In this document: one piece after another, positions 9,010 to 16,181 of the stretch | Position numbering within the stretch: position 1 is the first letter of the stretch | Layout: every line of letters begins with the position of its first letter | Virus record (IMG/VR): IMGVR_UViG_3300033074_000233 | Coordinates: 128,001-192,000 of that record | Reading direction: 5' to 3' (one strand) | Length of the DNA: 64,000 nt | Source of the DNA: a virus | Lineage: Duplodnaviria > Caudoviricetes | Made by a program: the position numbers and the translations under genes | Notes under the pieces: model-generated | Told to the model about the DNA's origin: nothing | The model's database searches: none | Seen by the model: the letters and a program-made list of their open reading frames with translations, nothing else

Positions 9010-9333
9010 ATGAAGACCCGCGAAATTTCACCGGCCCGAAAGGGCGGCCTTATGTATCTGGACATATACTTCGTTGAGGAACTTCTAAGGTCCCTTAACA
9101 AGACTATTCCAGAGTCGGTCCTGAAAAGGGAAAAGAAACTCGCGGGTCTCATCGAAAGTTTGCAGATTTGTGTGAACACTCACCGAGAAGACATACGCAC
9201 AGGTCGCGGTATTGTTATCGGCAGAGACATACAGGAAGTAAGATACATAAGAGACCCAGCACAGAATCAACCTACCAAGCCTATCAAACCTACAAAGAAG
9301 GCTAAGGCCAAGACAAAATCTAAAAGAAGGTAA
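9010..9333 (+). CDS. Hypothetical basic protein
   Basis: 107 aa ORF in operon context. Confidence 0.55.
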   Translation: MKTREISPARKGGLMYLDIYFVEELLRSLNKTIPESVLKREKKLAGLIESLQICVNTHREDIRTGRGIVIGRDIQEVRYIRDPAQNQPTKPIKPTKKAKAKTKSKRR

Positions 9334-9335
9334 CC

Positions 9336-9737
9336 ATGAAAATTTTCATCGCGGTTCCTTACACAGGAACAAAAGAACAGCAGGAAGAACGCTTCAACTT
9401 GGTGAGGACTCATGCACTTACGCTTGCACGTATGGGCCACTATCCTGTTTCACCTGTTTTTACTTTTCATCCTCTGGTAGACGAACTACCTGAGGTACCG
9501 TATGAGTTCTGGATTGAACTCAGCAAGGAATATCTCGATGGATGCAATACTATCCACGTGATAAAGGCTGAGGGCTGGAAGAAGTCAACAGGTGTTCATC
9601 ACGAACTGGTCAGGTCGTTGACACTTGACATACCTGTGTTCCTTGTTCCAGAAGACCACGTTGACAAGCCTGTTCTTGCCAGAGACTATACCCAGCCGCT
9701 TGACGTGCGGGCTTTTCTGGCTGACTCGCTGGAATAA
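9336..9737 (+). CDS. DUF1937 / nucleoside deoxyribosyltransferase-like protein
   Basis: IFIAVPY, SPV..HP, FW, GW..S.GV..E. Confidence 0.7.
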   Translation: MKIFIAVPYTGTKEQQEERFNLVRTHALTLARMGHYPVSPVFTFHPLVDELPEVPYEFWIELSKEYLDGCNTIHVIKAEGWKKSTGVHHELVRSLTLDIPVFLVPEDHVDKPVLARDYTQPLDVRAFLADSLE

Positions 9738-9743
9738 TTTTCA

Positions 9744-9820
9744 GGGCCTGTAGTTCAGTTGGTTAGAACAGCGGACTCATAATCCGTTGGTCCTCGGTTC
9801 AAGTCCGAGCAGGCCCACCA
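9744..9820 (+). tRNA. tRNA with CAT anticodon, most likely tRNA-Ile2 (lysidine type)
   Basis: Cloverleaf GGGCCTG/CAGGCCC, loop CTCATAA, TTCAAGT, CCA; resembles ileX-type rather than Met. Confidence 0.9.
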
Positions 9821-9838
9821 TTTCAACCACACCAAAGG

Positions 9839-10090
9839 ATGAGTATCGTGCTTATAGGTAGTATCGTGTTCTGGCTGTTTGCCTACGCCTTCACAGGCGG
9901 CTGTATGTACTCGATATACGCAAGGCTGGAACATGAGAACATTAAGCACCCTGTGTGGATTGTGTTTCTCGGTTTGTTTCTTGGCCCAGCGATTCTGCTT
10001 GGCCTCGCTCTGATAAGTATCTTCGCTATAGGCATGGGTATCTGTCAGACTATCATTGATGCGCTCTTTCCAGTGAAATCTGTAAAGTAG
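9839..10090 (+). CDS. Small membrane protein
   Basis: Two hydrophobic segments. Confidence 0.6.
   Translation: MSIVLIGSIVFWLFAYAFTGGCMYSIYARLEHENIKHPVWIVFLGLFLGPAILLGLALISIFAIGMGICQTIIDALFPVKSVK
10080..10089 (+). promoter_or_regulatory. CTGTAAAGTA phage promoter-like motif (also at 15250, 16741, 21228, 29369, 35631, 48574, 53754)
   Basis: At least 8 exact + strand copies, five at gene boundaries. Confidence 0.65.
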
Positions 10091-10101
10091 TGTATACAGG
10101 T

Positions 10102-10395
10102 TTGGGTGTTGTGTGGTCCATGAGTAGGCCTAGTGAGTTCCCAAAGACTCAAGGTACAATGCGAAGGGTGTGCCTGCCTACGAATAACTGTCGCGCCACG
10201 GGATGGTGATCCTTCGGTTCGCCCCGACTAGGCCCGTGAAGGAAGAAGTTTACTTGTGCTAGAAGCCTCGCGTGGGTGCGATGCTCGCCTGTACGGCCTT
10301 AGGGCTATTGGCGGAGGTCCGCGAAATAGGGTCATGTACCCGTGCATGAGTTAGCCTAAGCCTTTTGCTGACAGCCTGGAAAGACAGGCACCTAA
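10102..10395 (+). ncRNA. Orphan structured RNA candidate with tRNA top-half-like ends
   Basis: No ORF; terminal helix 10102-07/10390-95; GCCTG-GAAAGA-CAGGC arm; GGCCTAGT/ACTAGGCC; further hairpins. Confidence 0.65.
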
Positions 10396-10413
10396 TTCAT
10401 CAGGAGTGAAAGA

Positions 10414-10977
10414 ATGTCGGCCATTTCCAAAAGTCCTATCTTTGCGCCTAACGTGACCCATGAAATCTGCATTGATATGGATGGTCCGACAGTGGACCTC
10501 GATGGGTACTTCGAGCGCCTGTTCGGCACGTCACTCTGGAACATGACAGTTGAGGAAAAGCATCGTCATTGGGACGAAATGTTTGAGCCGGAATGGTTCC
10601 TTGAAGCCCCAATGAAGCACGACTTTCCTGTACTGATAAAGTTCATCCTTGACAACTTTACGCACGTCCGTTTCCTTACTGCTCTGCCTCACCGTCGAAA
10701 GGATAAGGCTTGGCAAAGCATGGTAACCAAGATTGCGTGGATACACAGACACGTTGGTCACCGTATACCCGTGACGTTCGGTCCGTATGCTGAGGACAAG
10801 CAGAAACATTGCGGTGGTCCTACGTTTGTACTGATTGACGACAGAAAGATGAACATTGAACAATGGGGTGCTGCTGGCGGTATTGCTATCTACCACACTA
10901 GCGCACTTGAAACCATTGAGGCCTTAGCTCAGTATCTGAAAGTAATTGCAGAGCGTCAGCCTTTTGGTAGACGCTAA
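10414..10977 (+). CDS. 5'(3')-deoxyribonucleotidase, HAD superfamily
   Basis: IDMDG, FLTA, K..WI, VLIDD..NIEQW..AGG..I.H. Confidence 0.85.
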   Translation: MSAISKSPIFAPNVTHEICIDMDGPTVDLDGYFERLFGTSLWNMTVEEKHRHWDEMFEPEWFLEAPMKHDFPVLIKFILDNFTHVRFLTALPHRRKDKAWQSMVTKIAWIHRHVGHRIPVTFGPYAEDKQKHCGGPTFVLIDDRKMNIEQWGAAGGIAIYHTSALETIEALAQYLKVIAERQPFGRR

Positions 10978-10983
10978 AGTTTC

Positions 10984-11059
10984 GCTGGCATAACTCAGTC
11001 GGTAGAGTAACTGCCTTGTAAGCAGTAAGTCGCGGGTTCGATCCCTGCTGCCAGCACCA
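10984..11059 (+). tRNA. tRNA-Thr(TGT)
   Basis: Canonical cloverleaf, loop CTTGTAA, CCA. Confidence 0.95.
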
Positions 11060-11080
11060 AATTCTCAGGAGAAATTTTCC

Positions 11081-11692
11081 GTGGAAAAAGAACTCGCTAT
11101 GCCAATGTTGATACCGGACGTAGAGCATGTTACGCCCGAGAAGACAGACAAGTTTTTTCTTCCAAAGATCAAGTCAAAACAGGCTAGGCAAAACGAAAAG
11201 CAATTACGTCCGGAAGTGAACACTCTCTTTAGTTACGGGGATGATCGCAACGGTGGCTACTTCATAACGCCGAAAGACGAATCCTATGTTGCTTACTTTG
11301 TCCAGTACAAACCTATCACCTATTCTAAACTCGGACTTAAAGCCTTAAGACAGGCCCTAGTCTGGCGGAAGACAAAGGGAGATATAGTAGCAACCTCCAT
11401 GCCACTGAGAGTTTTCTTTGAGATTCTGTTGCCGAAGTTTGGTCAAATTATTTCAGACTACGAACAGACAGAATTTGGTAGAGACTTCTGGCTACGCGCC
11501 GTAGACATGGCTTTCGAGAAAAACCTGTTCGTTTACGTTGTGAATCGAATCGGAAAAGACGGAGACAAACTTATACGTCTAGACTCTTTCTCTGACTTAG
11601 TAGATTTGAAAGACTTTCTGTGGGCACCGATAGAAAGAAACAAACGTGTCCTTTTGTTGATATCCAACAAGGAACTAAAAGAGGTTAAGTAA
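11081..11692 (+). CDS. Hypothetical protein (relatively AT-rich)
   Basis: AGGAG RBS, 203 aa. Confidence 0.7.
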   Translation: MEKELAMPMLIPDVEHVTPEKTDKFFLPKIKSKQARQNEKQLRPEVNTLFSYGDDRNGGYFITPKDESYVAYFVQYKPITYSKLGLKALRQALVWRKTKGDIVATSMPLRVFFEILLPKFGQIISDYEQTEFGRDFWLRAVDMAFEKNLFVYVVNRIGKDGDKLIRLDSFSDLVDLKDFLWAPIERNKRVLLLISNKELKEVK

Positions 11693-11751
11693 ATGAAAAC
11701 TCATAGTGAGGTAATTGCCATGATATAAACTGTCACTCTTCGGAGGCTTTT

Positions 11752-12114
11752 ATGTCACGCACGATTCGCAGGAAAGGTTTTAACTACAAAGGCAACCGTA
11801 ATTCGTTCGACCACGAGGCTGAAAAGGACCTTAAGCGTAGCGCACGGTGGGCCGAGTTTTGGGAGCAGCAAACTGGTCGTACTGTTGTCAAGTCTAATCG
11901 TCGTTGGGACAATCCCAACTGGTGTGAGTGGCGTTACCATGCTGACCGTGGCAAGTATCGTTCCATTCCTCACTGGTTCTGTGTTCTGCGGTACTACGCT
12001 CCTGAACGTGCTGCAATGCGCGCTGTCCTTCAAGGATTCAAGCGTTGCGAGGATTGGGAAGACGTAGACGTTCACACGGATATTCACACCGACCTCTGGA
12101 ACGACTGGTGCTGA
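11752..12114 (+). CDS. Small basic Arg/Trp-rich protein (MSRTIRRK...)
   Basis: GGAGG RBS partly within a cUUCGg hairpin. Confidence 0.7.
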   Translation: MSRTIRRKGFNYKGNRNSFDHEAEKDLKRSARWAEFWEQQTGRTVVKSNRRWDNPNWCEWRYHADRGKYRSIPHWFCVLRYYAPERAAMRAVLQGFKRCEDWEDVDVHTDIHTDLWNDWC

Positions 12115-12127
12115 TAAGGAGGTGCCA

Positions 12128-12259
12128 ATGAAACTTAGGAAACTTATCAAGATCAAGCGGCTACAGAAGCAGTACGTCGAAAGGAAGAAGAAGGAAACCC
12201 AGCAAGAGTTTGGCCCGGAAACACTGGAAGGGTACGGAGGCTGGCCTTACCCTTGGTAA
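12128..12259 (+). CDS. Small basic protein (43 aa)
   Basis: AAGGAGGT RBS; too short for the ORF track. Confidence 0.5.
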   Translation: MKLRKLIKIKRLQKQYVERKKKETQQEFGPETLEGYGGWPYPW

Positions 12260-12267
12260 ACACACGT

Positions 12268-12344
12268 GCCCCGATAGCCCAACTGGTCGAGGCAAGGGAC
12301 TTAAACTCCCTCAAGTGCGGGTTCGAGTCCCGCTCGGGGTACCA
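12268..12344 (+). tRNA. tRNA-Leu(TAA) with short variable loop
   Basis: AGGGA-CTTAAAC-TCCCT; 5-nt variable region; CCA; 77 nt. Confidence 0.9.
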
Positions 12345-12451
12345 CTACGTGGAGTTAAACATGAACATGAAAATGCTAGTCTATATCCGATGATAGCCGC
12401 ATTCCTTTTAGAGCGTGAAAAACTTCACGCGGGAATGTGGCAGGAATGTGA

Positions 12452-12721
12452 TATAGGGCTAAGTCTGCAAAACGCCGTCACCACATTGAACGGCTGAAAA
12501 AGAAGCGCAAGCACTACTGGGGCCGCGACTATCCACGTTCCACTATGGAGCCGTTGACGCCTAAGCAACTGAATCAGGTAGTAAGTTACCCGAAGTTGTG
12601 TGGGTGCTGGATGTGCAGTCGTAACAAGAAGAAAGTTTTTGGCGGTACGTTTTACCAGTATAAGCAGGATGCTATCTGCCGATTCGAGACAAGCACTGAT
12701 AACACTACGTTAGGAGAATAA
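12452..12721 (+). pseudogene. Start-less reading frame for a basic CxCxxC protein
   Basis: RAKSAKRRHHIERLKKKRKHYWG...CGCWMC, preceded in frame by ATG-TGA at 12446-12451. Confidence 0.45.
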
Positions 12722-12723
12722 GG

Positions 12724-12927
12724 ATGAATTTTTTCTCAGCCGAAAGGAAAGAGGCTGCTTGTTCCTGCTCGATCTGTGAACAATATCCTCAGTATCCTGC
12801 ACAGGAACCTATACACGTTAAAGCCAAAGACCCAAGCGGTCAAGAGGTTATGGTCGAACTGAAAGGTAAGACCGCTGAAAGATTTCGTGCCTTCATGGAC
12901 GAACTCAATCAGGAAAGCACAAGTTAA
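12724..12927 (+). CDS. Hypothetical protein
   Basis: TACGTTAGGAG RBS. Confidence 0.55.
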   Translation: MNFFSAERKEAACSCSICEQYPQYPAQEPIHVKAKDPSGQEVMVELKGKTAERFRAFMDELNQESTS

Positions 12928-12932
12928 GTTTC

Positions 12933-13016
12933 GCGCCCGTGGCGGATCGGTAGACGCGCTGGGTTTAGGTCCCAGTGCCGCAAGGCGTGGGGGTTCGATT
13001 CCCTCCGGGCGCACCA
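12933..13016 (+). tRNA. tRNA-Leu(TAG)
   Basis: CTGGG-TTTAGGT-CCCAG, long variable arm GCC-GCAA-GGC, CCA. Confidence 0.95.
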
Positions 13017-13039
13017 TTTCTTACGTTAGGTAATCAGCC

Positions 13040-13348
13040 ATGACGTTTCCTATTCCCGATGACCAACTTGAAGCCGAGGCGCGCAAACTGTTCAACCCTG
13101 AACTGATCTACGCTGTCACAGGTGCCCAAGGCAAGCAACTTGGCCTTGTGATAAAGGCTTTCACCAAGGCTTGGTTCACGCCTGAACACTTCAACCACTG
13201 GTGTGTTACAGTGGGTGAGGAACTGGTACATAGCACCTTCAAGGAGTGGTGGGCTAAGGAGTCGAAAGACCCGAACAGCGAACTTATGATCGGATTCAAC
13301 ATTCACGCCGAGAACATGCGAAAAGGAACTACGAAACATGACAATTAA
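13040..13348 (+). CDS. Hypothetical protein
   Basis: 102 aa ORF overlapping the rtcB start. Confidence 0.65.
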   Translation: MTFPIPDDQLEAEARKLFNPELIYAVTGAQGKQLGLVIKAFTKAWFTPEHFNHWCVTVGEELVHSTFKEWWAKESKDPNSELMIGFNIHAENMRKGTTKHDN

Positions 13349-14531
13349 AACGACCTTTCAAGGACACGAGGTTCCTGTCTTTGCTTGGACGGAGGATATT
13401 GAATACTCCGCGATAGAACAGTTGCTGAACCTTAGCCGACTTCCTATCATGTTCAAGCACGTTGCTGCAATGCCTGACGTACACATGGGCGTAGGGGCCT
13501 CAGTAGGAACCGTCATTGCAACCAAAGGCGCTATCATTCCCTCGGCTGTTGGCGTAGACATTGGCTGTGGTATGATTGCAGCCAAGACAAACCTCAACGC
13601 GAGTGACTTACCTGACAATCTACACGCGCTGCGCCATAGCATTGAGCGTTCCATTCCACTAGGTGCAGGTGGTGCGAACTCTAAGGAGTCCGAAGACATT
13701 CGCAAGCCTTGGATGGCAAGCCTTGATGCCGACCACGAAATACTTATCGCTTTGCATCCTGAGTTGAAAACGAAGTACAATCCAAGACAGCAGTTGGGAA
13801 CGCTGGGCTCAGGCAACCACTTCATAGAGGTCTGCCTTGATACCAATGACTCCGTCTGGATAATGCTTCACTCAGGTTCGCGAGGTATCGGCAATCTTAT
13901 TGGCCGCGCTTTCATATCCAAAGCCAAGAAGTATGCTGAGGAGTTTGAGATTCACTTGCCTGATCGTGACCTTGCGTATCTGAATGACGGAACAAAGGAG
14001 TTCGCCGAGTATGTCTTTGCCTTGAACTTTGCTCAAAGGTTCGCAGAGATAAACCGTGAGGTGATGTTTAGTCGTGTTATAAAAGACCTTACTCACTTTA
14101 TGAAGCGTCCTGTAGAAATACTTGGGCACACGGTCAACTGCCATCACAACTACTCCACCATTGAGAATCACTTTGGTGAGGACGTATGGATCACCCGTAA
14201 GGGTGCGGTGAATGCAGCTAAAGGAACTTGGGGTATTATTCCTGGGTCTATGGGCACTAAGTCCTATATCGTTGAAGGCAAGGGTGAAGAAAACTCCTTC
14301 TGCTCTTGTTCGCATGGTGCAGGACGTAGAATGTCCAGAGGAGACGCAAAGCGCAAGTTTACCTTGCAGGATTTGATTGACCAGACCTCAGGTGTTGAAT
14401 GCCGAAAGGACGCTAATGTGATTGACGAAATCCCAGGTGCGTATAAAGACATTGACGTGGTAATGGAAAACCAATCTGACTTGGTAGACGTGCGCGCTGT
14501 TTTGCGTCAAGTCCTTTGTGTGAAAGGGTGA
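13338..14531 (+). CDS. rtcB: RtcB RNA ligase
   Basis: MPDVH, VGVDIGCG, LGTLGSGNHFIE, LHSGSRG, HHNY, RKGA, PGSMG, SHGAGR, DEIPGAYK. Confidence 0.97.
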   Translation: MTIKTTFQGHEVPVFAWTEDIEYSAIEQLLNLSRLPIMFKHVAAMPDVHMGVGASVGTVIATKGAIIPSAVGVDIGCGMIAAKTNLNASDLPDNLHALRHSIERSIPLGAGGANSKESEDIRKPWMASLDADHEILIALHPELKTKYNPRQQLGTLGSGNHFIEVCLDTNDSVWIMLHSGSRGIGNLIGRAFISKAKKYAEEFEIHLPDRDLAYLNDGTKEFAEYVFALNFAQRFAEINREVMFSRVIKDLTHFMKRPVEILGHTVNCHHNYSTIENHFGEDVWITRKGAVNAAKGTWGIIPGSMGTKSYIVEGKGEENSFCSCSHGAGRRMSRGDAKRKFTLQDLIDQTSGVECRKDANVIDEIPGAYKDIDVVMENQSDLVDVRAVLRQVLCVKG

Positions 14532-14534
14532 AGC

Positions 14535-15062
14535 ATGAATAAGCCGAAGGAGTATGAACGGACCGTTATCCGAATTAAGGGTCCCTTCCGAATCCTAAAC
14601 TACGAACTGAACCCTCGACCCATCTTTTTGGCTCATGGTTTGTTCAAGCGCATGATGACCAATGCTGGCGGTCGTCTTCCTCTTGCTGGTGTACCTGCAG
14701 GGGTAGACATTGATCTGGAAGTCAAACTGGATGCTGAGTTACGCTGGCGAGACAAGAAGGCCGTGAGCAAACTTGCTGACCTTGCTTCGTATCCAGTCAA
14801 GGGTCTTGCACCGGGCACTGTATTCGTAGAGGAGGCACGCAGCAACTTCCTCTTTTACGGCAACTGTTGGTGGCACCTAGACCAGACTGTGCGTAACACC
14901 GAATCTCCAACAGAGGATGAGGAGGGGCAGCAACGCTTTACCAAATCCATTGAGAAGATGGAGAAAGAGCAAAGCAGGATCGCTGGGACGAGCATTGTGC
15001 GAGAGTCCAGTGGAACATTAACCATGCGCGATAGACCCTACTATCGCAAAAACGGAGAGTAA
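14535..15062 (+). CDS. Hypothetical protein
   Basis: 175 aa ORF following rtcB. Confidence 0.65.
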   Translation: MNKPKEYERTVIRIKGPFRILNYELNPRPIFLAHGLFKRMMTNAGGRLPLAGVPAGVDIDLEVKLDAELRWRDKKAVSKLADLASYPVKGLAPGTVFVEEARSNFLFYGNCWWHLDQTVRNTESPTEDEEGQQRFTKSIEKMEKEQSRIAGTSIVRESSGTLTMRDRPYYRKNGE

Positions 15063-15063
15063 T

Positions 15064-15240
15064 ATGGACTTTGATACTTGGATGAAAGAGTGCCGGCGCT
15101 TGGCCCTTGAGAAGGGTCTGCGTATTCCTGATGACCTGGACGAGGAACAGGCCTTCTTCTGGAAGAACCAGCATGACAACGCTATGATGGCCACAGAGGC
15201 CGTGTTCTACTACCAACAGACGCTGAACGAAGGAGGCTAA
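15064..15240 (+). CDS. Small hypothetical protein (58 aa)
   Basis: GGAG RBS; too short for the ORF track. Confidence 0.55.
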   Translation: MDFDTWMKECRRLALEKGLRIPDDLDEEQAFFWKNQHDNAMMATEAVFYYQQTLNEGG

Positions 15241-15280
15241 TGGGCAATTCTGTAAAGTAAGTGTGCAAGAAGCGTAACCA

Positions 15281-15357
15281 CGGGGATTAGCACAGCCTGG
15301 TAGTGCGTCTGCTTTGGGAGCAGAAGGTCGCAGGTTCAAATCCGTCATCACCGGCCA
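15281..15357 (+). tRNA. tRNA-Pro(TGG), possibly degenerate
   Basis: TCTGC-TTTGGGA-GCAGA; one acceptor and two T-stem mismatches; CCA. Confidence 0.75.
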
Positions 15358-15364
15358 GTTCAAT

Positions 15365-15482
15365 GGGGTTGGCGAGGACGTATCTTCGCTTTGCAATGGA
15401 GAAGGACTGGACGAAATTCTCCTGAGGTGCAGCAATAGGTGTGAAAGCCTGTTGCGCGGGTTCGACTCCCGCAACCCCACCA
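15365..15482 (+). ncRNA. 118-nt tRNA-like RNA ending in ACCA
   Basis: GGGGTT/AACCCC, T arm GCGGG-TTCGACT-CCCGC, three internal helices, no canonical anticodon arm. Confidence 0.8.
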
Positions 15483-15486
15483 TTTT

Positions 15487-15519
15487 GCGCCCGTGGCTCA
15501 GATGGATAGAGCAACGACT
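15487..15519 (+). pseudogene. 5' half of a disrupted tRNA-Arg-like gene
   Basis: GCGCCCG-TG-GCTC-AGATGGATA-GAGC-A-ACGAC; A20 Arg identity element; argU-like. Confidence 0.85.
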
Positions 15520-15534
15520 ATTTATAGGCTATCT

Positions 15535-16008
15535 ATGTGGAAGATTGAGAAAATCGTCAGCAAGGGTGCCTATAACTATGCTGTAGTTAGAGATCATCCA
15601 AATGCAATCAAATACGGATACGTGTTACACCATAGGATAGTTGTAGAAAATCACCTTAAAAGACTTCTGAAAAGAAATGAAGTAGTACATCACATAAACG
15701 GAAAAAAGAAAGACAATCGCCTTAAAAACCTGAAGGTTGAGGATGCTATAACACATGGCAGACTACACGGAATTGAGCAGGGTCGCTTATGGGTAAGTCT
15801 TAGATGTCCTTGGTGCGCCTGCACTTTTCAGCGACCTAGAAACACAACTCACTTGCAGAAGCCCTCAAATCTGAAGGTAACGTGTTGTGGTCCGTCGTGT
15901 AGAGGAAATTTTTCTAGGTACGTTCAGTTGCACGGCAAAACCTTGAGGCTAAAATTAGCAGTTGATGCTAATGTTCAGAAAATATATCGAATATATCAAA
16001 AATTATAG
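15535..16008 (+). CDS. HNH (homing-type) endonuclease
   Basis: HP....GYVLHHRIV.E.HL.R.L...EVVHHINGKKKDNR..NL; C-terminal CPWC...CCGPSC. Confidence 0.9.
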   Translation: MWKIEKIVSKGAYNYAVVRDHPNAIKYGYVLHHRIVVENHLKRLLKRNEVVHHINGKKKDNRLKNLKVEDAITHGRLHGIEQGRLWVSLRCPWCACTFQRPRNTTHLQKPSNLKVTCCGPSCRGNFSRYVQLHGKTLRLKLAVDANVQKIYRIYQKL

Positions 16009-16085
16009 GGCTGTATCGGAACGGCCTTCTAAGCCGTAGTACCGTAACTGGATCAATGCGAGTTCGAGTCTCGCCAGTCCTACCA
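16007..16085 (+). tRNA. Atypical D-armless tRNA-Arg(TCT)
   Basis: AGGGCTG/CAGTCCT acceptor; ACGGC-CTTCTAA-GCCGT; GCGAG-TTCGAGT-CTCGC; ACCA; only 7 nt where the D arm should be. Confidence 0.8.
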
Positions 16086-16096
16086 AGAATTTGCGC

Positions 16097-16130
16097 TAGG
16101 TCGCTGGTTCGAGTCCAGCCGGGCGCACCA
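16097..16130 (+). pseudogene. 3' half of the disrupted tRNA
   Basis: T-AGGTC-GCTGG-TTCGAGT-CCAGC-CGGGCGC-ACCA; acceptor strand pairs 7/7 with 15487-15493. Confidence 0.85.
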
Positions 16131-16181
16131 CCGAGTTCGATTGTACAGTCGGACAAATGTCAACCACAGAGGTAAGTACCC

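Larger units (their letters stand above)
15520..16096 (+). mobile_element. HNH endonuclease plus tRNA cassette inserted in a tRNA anticodon arm
   Basis: AT-rich insert separating two complementary tRNA halves. Confidence 0.75.

Noticed and set aside
9151-9166. One-mismatch copy of the inverted-repeat arm inside a CDS (similar near 5846, 6825 and 40837)
   Set aside because: Unpaired, intragenic and with no promoter context; may be chance.
10226-10250. SRP RNA-like AGGCCCGTGAAGGAAG
   Set aside because: Imperfect match to the SRP domain IV motif, no long enclosing hairpin, and ACTAGGCC pairs better with 10127-34.
12446-12451. Genome-wide stop-codon recoding
   Set aside because: TAA, TAG and TGA all terminate recognisable full-length genes (for example ligA TAG, rtcB TGA), and no suppressor tRNA is present.
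12429-12483. tRNA-Cys-like string (GTCTGCAAAAC ... CACCA)
   Set aside because: No T arm or pairing acceptor; the sequence reads as coding.
15365-15482. tmRNA or tRNA-Sec
   Set aside because: Too short for tmRNA, with no G3-U70 pair or tag ORF; no TCA anticodon or extended acceptor for Sec.
15493-15534. ORF-track start of the HNH gene at 15493
   Set aside because: It lies inside the tRNA 5' half; ATG 15535 is the more plausible start.
15520-16096. Group I intron in the tRNA anticodon loop
   Set aside because: The insert is almost entirely ORF plus tRNA with no room for a catalytic core, and excision would not restore an anticodon arm.
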